Below the pieces are notes generated by a model. The model saw only the letters and a list, made by a program, of their open reading frames with translations. It was not told the DNA's origin and made no database searches. This document shows, one piece after another, positions 58,439 through 64,000 of a stretch of 64,000 nucleotides of DNA. Origin of the DNA: an uncultured Verrucomicrobiae bacterium. Its GTDB lineage: Bacteria > Verrucomicrobiota > Verrucomicrobiia > Limisphaerales > Palsa-1400. The translations under genes and the position numbers were made by a program. Location: the NCBI GenBank assembly GCA_963707025.1, contig CAVPOM010000006.1, forward strand, positions 352,001 through 416,000, read 5' to 3'. The number at the start of each line of letters is the position of its first letter. Positions within the stretch are counted from its first letter, which is position 1.

Positions 58439-59258
58439 ATGCTTGGATTGCTCGGAAAAAAGCTCGGCCAGACCAACGTTTACAACGCGCAGGGAGTGCT
58501 CGTGCCGGTGACCATTGTCTTGGTCGGGCCCCAACCGGGTCATCCAGACCAAAACCGTCGCCACGGATGGCTACAACGCGGTGCAGCTTGGTTTTGACGA
58601 CCAAAAAGAGCAGCGCATGACCAAGCCGTTGCTGGGCCATTTCAAGAAACACGGCGCCTTGCCCACCAAGCGGGTGGGTGAGTTCCGTGATTTTTCCCTG
58701 GCGGTCAAGCCGGGCGATGTGATTGGCGCGGCCATTTTTGCGCAGGGCGATTTTGTGGATGCCATCGGCGTGACCAAGGGGCGCGGCTTTGAAGGGGTGA
58801 TGAAGCGGCACAATTTCCGCGGCGGCGACGCCTCCCACGGGGCCAAAGGCTGGCGCAGGCGCTCGGGCGCGATTGGCCAGCGCCTGTTTCCCGGCACGGT
58901 CATGCGGGGCATGAAGATGCCCGGCCACATGGGCCAGATCCGCCGCACCGCCCAGAATTTGCAGATCATCCAGGTGCGCGAGGCGGACAATTTATTGCTG
59001 ATCAAGGGCGCGATTCCCGGCGCCAACAACGATTACGTCGTCATCCGCGAATCCAAGAAACTGCCCAAAGGCTCCGACCGGGCCAAGCGCAAGGTGGCGG
59101 TCAAGGTCGTGGCCGCCCCCGCCGCCAAGGGCGCCAAACCGGCCGCCAAACCGGCCGCCGCTCCCGCTGCCAAACCGGCCGCCGCTCCGGCCGCCAAACC
59201 CACGGCCGCTCCGGCTGCCAAACCGGCCGCCGCTCCGCCCGCAGCTCAAAAACAATAA
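58439..59258 (+). CDS. rplC: 50S ribosomal protein L3 (extra C near 58530) with [14 protein letters not shown] tail
   Basis: MLGLLGKKLG, DGYNAVQLG, TKGRGFEG.MKRHNF, MPGHMG. Confidence 0.95.
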
Positions 59259-59261
59259 TTT

Positions 59262-59888
59262 ATGAAGCTCACGGTCAAAGACATGCAGGGCAAGGACCAG
59301 GGTGAAATGGAAGTCAAGTTCACCCTCATTGAAAACGGCAGCGGCACCCAGGCCGTTCACGACGCGGTGGTCGCCTTTCGCGCCGCCCAGCGCATGGGCA
59401 CGGCCTGCACCAAGAACGTGGGCGAAGTGGCTGGAACCAACAAAAAGCCGTGGCGCCAAAAGGGCACCGGGCGCGCCCGCGCCGGTTCCTTCCAATCTCC
59501 TCTCTGGCGCGGTGGCGGTGTGGTCTTCGGCCCCAGGCCGCGTGATTTTTCCCGCAAAACCAACCGGACGGTCAAACGCCTGGCCCTGCGCAAGGCCCTG
59601 TCCGAGCGGCTCAAAGCGGGGGATGTGATGGTGATTGACGACATCAAACTCAACTCCGCCAAGACCAAGGAGTTTCTGGCGCTGCTCTCCGCCTTGCAGG
59701 TCAAGGGCAGCGCGCTGATCGTGGGCCGCGGCGACGATGCCAATTTGCGGCGCGCCTCGCGCAATGTGGCCCAGGTTGAATTGACCACCGGCCAGGACCT
59801 CAACACCTACCAGGTTTTGCGCAGCGACAAGCTGGTTTTCACCCGTCACGCCTTTGAAGCCGTGGCGCAACGGCTGGCGCAGGAATAA
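59262..59888 (+). CDS. rplD: 50S ribosomal protein L4
   Basis: [25 protein letters not shown]. Confidence 0.97.
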   Translation: MKLTVKDMQGKDQGEMEVKFTLIENGSGTQAVHDAVVAFRAAQRMGTACTKNVGEVAGTNKKPWRQKGTGRARAGSFQSPLWRGGGVVFGPRPRDFSRKTNRTVKRLALRKALSERLKAGDVMVIDDIKLNSAKTKEFLALLSALQVKGSALIVGRGDDANLRRASRNVAQVELTTGQDLNTYQVLRSDKLVFTRHAFEAVAQRLAQE

Positions 59889-59889
59889 C

Positions 59890-60174
59890 ATGAACGTCTT
59901 TACCGCCATCAAAACCATCCGCGTCACCGAAAAGGGCACGCGCCAGACGGACAAGCTCAACCAATACACCGTGGTGGCCGATCCGCGCGCCAACAAACAG
60001 CAAATCCGCCAGGCGGTGCAGGAACTTTTCAAAGTCAAGGTCCTCAAGGTCAACACCTTGAATGTGCGGGGCAAGGCCCGCCGCAGCCGCACCCCCATGG
60101 CCGGCAACGCGCCCAATTGGAAAAAAGCCATCGTCACCCTGAGGAAGGAAGACAAGATTCACCTCATCAGTTGA
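59890..60174 (+). CDS. rplW: 50S ribosomal protein L23
   Basis: VTEK, ANKQQIRQAVQELFKVKV, WKKAIVTL. Confidence 0.96.
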   Translation: MNVFTAIKTIRVTEKGTRQTDKLNQYTVVADPRANKQQIRQAVQELFKVKVLKVNTLNVRGKARRSRTPMAGNAPNWKKAIVTLRKEDKIHLIS

Positions 60175-60187
60175 CCGGAGCCATCTT

Positions 60188-61042
60188 ATGCCAGTAAAAA
60201 CTTTCAGACCTCTGACTCCTTCGACCCGCTATATCACCCTGGCGTCATTTGACGAGATCACCAAGGACAAGCCGGAGCGAAGCCTCATCAGCATCCGCAA
60301 GAAAACCGGCGGGCGCAACTGCTACGGGCGCGTCACCGCGCGCGGCATCGGCGGCGGCCACAAACAGTTTTATCGCAACGTGGATTTCAAACGCCAGAAA
60401 CTGGGGATGGAAGCCGAAGTGCTGGGGATTGAGTACGATCCGATTCGCACGGCGCGGCTGGCCCTGCTCAAATACCAGGACGGGGAAAAGCGCTACATCA
60501 TTGCCCCCAACGGTTTGAAGGTCGGCGCCAAGCTGATGAACGGGCCCAAAGCGCCGCCCGAAACCGGCAATTCCCTGCCCCTGGGCATTATTCCGGTGGG
60601 GCTGGCCATTCATAATATCGAACTGACGCCCGGACGCGGCGGCCAGATGGTGCGCACGGCCGGCGGGGCGGCGACCTTGATGTCGCGCGACGAGCAGTAC
60701 GCCCAGATCCGCCTGCCGTCCGGGGAAATCCGCCGGGTGCATAACACCTGTTCGGCCACCATTGGCCAGGTGGGCAATCTGGAACATGAGAACGTCGTCC
60801 TGGGCAAGGCGGGCCGCTCCCGCCATCGCGGCACCCGGGGGATCAGCCGCGGCGTGGTGCGCAATCCGGTGGACCATCCCAACGGCGGCGGGGCGGGCAA
60901 ATCCAAGAGCGGCGGCGGCTGGCAGCAATTGACCTCGCCCTGGGGCCTGCTGGCCAAGGGCTATCGCACGCGCCACAAGCGCAAAATCTCCAACCGTTTC
61001 ATCGTGGTGCGGCGCGATGGCCGCCCGATGACGCGCAAATGA
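60188..61042 (+). CDS. rplB: 50S ribosomal protein L2
   Basis: IEYDPIRTA, NPVDHPNGGG. Confidence 0.98.
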   Translation: MPVKTFRPLTPSTRYITLASFDEITKDKPERSLISIRKKTGGRNCYGRVTARGIGGGHKQFYRNVDFKRQKLGMEAEVLGIEYDPIRTARLALLKYQDGEKRYIIAPNGLKVGAKLMNGPKAPPETGNSLPLGIIPVGLAIHNIELTPGRGGQMVRTAGGAATLMSRDEQYAQIRLPSGEIRRVHNTCSATIGQVGNLEHENVVLGKAGRSRHRGTRGISRGVVRNPVDHPNGGGAGKSKSGGGWQQLTSPWGLLAKGYRTRHKRKISNRFIVVRRDGRPMTRK

Positions 61043-61060
61043 ACCCAGTTGAAATAAGTT

Positions 61061-61342
61061 ATGGGAAGATCAATTAAAAAAGGCCCGTTTATTGACGGGC
61101 ATTTGATGGTGAAAATAGACCAAGCCAAGGCGGCCAAGTCCAAGGCGCCGATCAAAACCTGGTCGCGCCGCTCCATGATCACCCCCGATTTTGTCGGGCT
61201 GAATTTCGCCGTGCATAACGGCAAGATCTTCCACCCGGTGTTTGTCACCGAAAACATGGTGGGCCACCGCCTCGGAGAATTCTCCCTGACGCGCACCTTC
61301 AAGAAACACGGCGCCCACACGGCCAAGGCGGAAGCCAAATAG
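61061..61342 (+). CDS. rpsS: 30S ribosomal protein S19
   Basis: [24 protein letters not shown]. Confidence 0.98.
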   Translation: MGRSIKKGPFIDGHLMVKIDQAKAAKSKAPIKTWSRRSMITPDFVGLNFAVHNGKIFHPVFVTENMVGHRLGEFSLTRTFKKHGAHTAKAEAK

Positions 61343-61350
61343 ATTTGATT

Positions 61351-61704
61351 ATGGAAGTCCAAGCCATCACCAGGAACGTGCGCATGTCGGCGCAGAAAAT
61401 GCGCGAAGTCGTGCGGCAGATTCAAGGGATGAAGACGGCCGACGCCCAGGCGGTTTTGGCCGTGGTCCCGCGCAAGGGCGCGCGGGTGGTGGCCAAGACG
61501 CTGGCCTCGGCCCTGGCCAACGCGGAGGACCTCAAGGCCCACAAAGAGGATTTTGCCGGCTTGAAAACGGAGAATTTGCGCATCAAAAGCGCCCTGGCCG
61601 GCACGGCGACCCCGCTGAAGCGGTTCACCCCCAAGGCGCGCGGCTCGGCCGGCCCCATTATCAAGCGCAACTGTCATGTAAAAATTGTTTTGTCAGACGA
61701 ATAA
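61351..61704 (+). CDS. rplV: 50S ribosomal protein L22
   Basis: [20 protein letters not shown]. Confidence 0.96.
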   Translation: MEVQAITRNVRMSAQKMREVVRQIQGMKTADAQAVLAVVPRKGARVVAKTLASALANAEDLKAHKEDFAGLKTENLRIKSALAGTATPLKRFTPKARGSAGPIIKRNCHVKIVLSDE

Positions 61705-61711
61705 CCAACCT

Positions 61712-62386
61712 ATGGGTCAAAAAACTAATCCAATCGGTTTGCGGGTCGCCGTCAACAAGGACTGGGGCTCGAAATGGTTTGCCGAGAAGAAAGAGTTCGG
61801 CAAGCTCCTGACCGAAGACCGCAAAATCCGCGAGATTTTGAAGTCCAAGCTGGAAGGCGCCTCGGTCTCCAAAATCCAGCTCGAACGGGCCGCCTCCCGC
61901 TGCCGCATCACCATTTTTACGGCGCGGCCCGGCGTGGTCATCGGGCGCAAAGGGGCGGAGATTGACAAGCTGAAGGAGGAGTTGGGCAAGATGACCGGCA
62001 AGGAAGTGTATGTGGACATCCAGGAGATCAAGCAGCCGGAAATGGACGCCCAATTGGTGGCGGAAAACATCGCCTTGCAGTTGGAACGCCGCGTCTCCTT
62101 CCGCCGCGCCATGAAAAAAGCCGTGCAGGTGGCGATGGACTTCGGCGCCGAGGGCATCAAGGTGCGGGTGGGCGGGCGCCTGGGCGGGGCCGAAATCGCG
62201 CGGGTGGAAAAATATCACCAGGGGCGGGTGCCGCTGCATACCCTGCGGGCCAATATTGACTACGGCTTTGCCGAGGCCAACACCCTCTATGGCAAGCTCG
62301 GCATCAAATGCTGGATTTGCAAAGGCGACATCGCCGTGCAGAAGAAACTGCCGGTCCCGCCCTTGACGGCCCCCGCGGACAATTAA
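61712..62386 (+). CDS. rpsC: 30S ribosomal protein S3
   Basis: [38 protein letters not shown]. Confidence 0.98.
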   Translation: MGQKTNPIGLRVAVNKDWGSKWFAEKKEFGKLLTEDRKIREILKSKLEGASVSKIQLERAASRCRITIFTARPGVVIGRKGAEIDKLKEELGKMTGKEVYVDIQEIKQPEMDAQLVAENIALQLERRVSFRRAMKKAVQVAMDFGAEGIKVRVGGRLGGAEIARVEKYHQGRVPLHTLRANIDYGFAEANTLYGKLGIKCWICKGDIAVQKKLPVPPLTAPADN

Positions 62387-62403
62387 AAAAGGATTTTTCA
62401 GAC

Positions 62404-62823
62404 ATGCCATTGATACCAGAGAGAGTCAAATACCGCAAAATGCACCGGGGCAGCCGCACCGGCCTGGCCCAGCGCGGCGGCACGGTGGCCTTTGGCGAGT
62501 ACGGATTGCAGGCCCTGGAACGCTGCTGGCTGGACACCAAACAGGTGGAAGCGGCCCGGGTGGCGGTGACCCGCTTTATGAAGCGGCGCGGCAAGGTGTG
62601 GATTCGGATTTTCCCGCAGAAATCGTTCACCAAAAAGCCCTTGGAAACGCGCATGGGCAAGGGCAAGGGGCCGCTGGAATCCTGGGTGGCGGTCATCCGC
62701 CCGGCCAACGTCATCTTTGAAGTGGACGGGGTGCCCGAAGCGGTGGCGCGGGAGTCCATGCGCCTGGCGGCGGCCAAGCTGCCCATCAGAACCAAGTTCA
62801 TTTCGCGCCACCAGATGGCCTAA
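62404..62823 (+). CDS. rplP: 50S ribosomal protein L16
   Basis: [21 protein letters not shown]. Confidence 0.98.
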   Translation: MPLIPERVKYRKMHRGSRTGLAQRGGTVAFGEYGLQALERCWLDTKQVEAARVAVTRFMKRRGKVWIRIFPQKSFTKKPLETRMGKGKGPLESWVAVIRPANVIFEVDGVPEAVARESMRLAAAKLPIRTKFISRHQMA

Positions 62824-62830
62824 GCAGATT

Positions 62831-63028
62831 ATGAAGATGTCCGAAATAAAAGATTTGACCGCGGCCGAGTTGGCGGTCAAAAGCCGCGACCTGCGCCAGG
62901 AACTCTTTCAACTGCGCCTGCAGCAGGCCAGCAGCCAACTGGAGCATCCGGCCAAGATGCGCCTGTTGCGCCGCGATGTGGCCCGCCTGGAAACCCGCCT
63001 CACCCAACTCCGCGCCAAACCGGCCTGA
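62831..63028 (+). CDS. rpmC: 50S ribosomal protein L29
   Basis: LRQELFQLRLQ...RRDVARLET. Confidence 0.95.
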   Translation: MKMSEIKDLTAAELAVKSRDLRQELFQLRLQQASSQLEHPAKMRLLRRDVARLETRLTQLRAKPA

Positions 63029-63049
63029 TTTCACCCGATTTGATACGTT

Positions 63050-63358
63050 ATGCCTGAAACCACCCCAATCGCCCGCAGCCAGCGCAAAGAGCGCCTGGGC
63101 AGGGTCCTTTCCAATAAAATGGCCAAGACCATCGTCGTCGAAGTCGAGCGGCGCTATCCCCACGCCAAATATAAAAAGGTGGTGACGGCCCACGCCAAGT
63201 TTTACGCCCACGACGAGAAGGGCGAAGCCAAGGTCGGCGATCTGGTCCTGATCCATGAGACCCGGCCGCTGTCCAAGCTGAAGCGCTGGCGCCTGAGCCA
63301 GGTGGTGGAGCGATCGCGCGAGACCGTCCATGCGGCGGCCGCGGCGGCGGCGGCTTAA
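63050..63358 (+). CDS. rpsQ: 30S ribosomal protein S17 with poly-Ala tail
   Basis: [23 protein letters not shown]. Confidence 0.97.
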   Translation: MPETTPIARSQRKERLGRVLSNKMAKTIVVEVERRYPHAKYKKVVTAHAKFYAHDEKGEAKVGDLVLIHETRPLSKLKRWRLSQVVERSRETVHAAAAAAAA

Positions 63359-63369
63359 CCGGACAATTT

Positions 63370-63735
63370 ATGTTACAAGTTCGATCCATTGTGGATGTGG
63401 CTGACAATACCGGCGCCAAAAAGGCGGCGGCCATCGGGGTGATCGGCCGCAACCAGAAATACGCCGGCATCGGCGACGTCATCAAGGCGCACATCAAGGA
63501 GGCCACCCCGGACGGGACAGTCAAGAAGGGCGAAGTGGTCAACGCGGTGCTGGTGCGCACGCGCCAGCAAATCCGGCGCTCCGACGGGTCGTATTTGCGC
63601 TTTGACAGCAACGCCATCGTGATCATTGACGCGGAAAACAACCCGCGGGGGACCCGCATCTTCGGGCCGGTCGCGCGGGAGCTGCGCGACCGCAAGTTCA
63701 TGAAGATCATTTCCCTGGCTCCGGAGGTCATTTAA
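63370..63735 (+). CDS. rplN: 50S ribosomal protein L14
   Basis: [30 protein letters not shown]. Confidence 0.98.
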   Translation: MLQVRSIVDVADNTGAKKAAAIGVIGRNQKYAGIGDVIKAHIKEATPDGTVKKGEVVNAVLVRTRQQIRRSDGSYLRFDSNAIVIIDAENNPRGTRIFGPVARELRDRKFMKIISLAPEVI

Positions 63736-63737
63736 GT

Positions 63738-64000
63738 ATGCGCCATTTTCATGTTAAAAAAGACGACGAGGTGGTGGTCATCGCCGGCAAGGCCCTGGGC
63801 CAGCGCGGCAAAATTTTGCGGATTGCCGGCAAAAAGGGCCGGGCCGTGGTGGAGGGGCTGCACATGATCAAACGCCACACCAAGAAAAACCAGGCCCACC
63901 CGCAGGGCGCCATCATCGAGCGGGAAGGCACCGTCCACCTGTCCAATTTGATGCTGGCGGAAAAATTTGACGCCCGGGCCGCGGCCCGCGCCAGCCAGCC
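63738..64000 (+). CDS. rplX: 50S ribosomal protein L24 (runs off window end)
   Basis: MRHFHVKKDDEVVVIAGKALGQRGKI...PQGAIIEREG.VHLSN. Confidence 0.95.
   Translation, partial: MRHFHVKKDDEVVVIAGKALGQRGKILRIAGKKGRAVVEGLHMIKRHTKKNQAHPQGAIIEREGTVHLSNLMLAEKFDARAAARASQ

Noticed and set aside
56365..58535. Split fusA and rplC as biological events
   Set aside because: Single extra bases (near 56373 and in a C-run near 58530) in essential genes; most likely consensus errors.

Overview
GC-rich bacterial chromosomal window, most consistent with a Verrucomicrobiota (Pedosphaera/Limisphaerales-like) genome. This is inferred from a prepilin/H-X9-DG-type protein, a long TM-anchored ECF sigma, Gly-rich secreted hydrolases and rpsL-rpsG-fusA-rpsJ without tuf. 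1-24.5 kb: housekeeping and metabolic genes (coaX, trpA, manC, icd, two alpha-galactosidase-like genes, esterase, DUF1080, M16 peptidase), an inserted XcyI-family restriction-modification pair, an ECF sigma bracketed by inverted repeats, and a DCC1-LMF fusion. 24.5-29.7 kb: accessory patch (94-bp MITE, HicB, HicBA, an unannotated antitoxin-like ORF, a complete IS3, and a DUF3631 ATPase followed by an iteron/IHF-like site). 29.7-41.2 kb: peptidases, rpoZ-smpB, rpmB, recF, a PemK-type TA pair, a GT-A-like gene plus CBM48, and an IS21 remnant with a passenger gene. 41.2-54.5 kb (minus strand): tRNA-Thr, tuf, tRNA-Trp, tRNA-Ser, secE, nusG, rplKAJL, rpoBC, all full of indels that look like two synonymous alleles stacked in one consensus, so probably an assembly artefact. 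54.9-64 kb: str/S10/spc ribosomal operon. I found no CRISPR array and no clear-cut new multi-gene system; the best leads are listed as findings.
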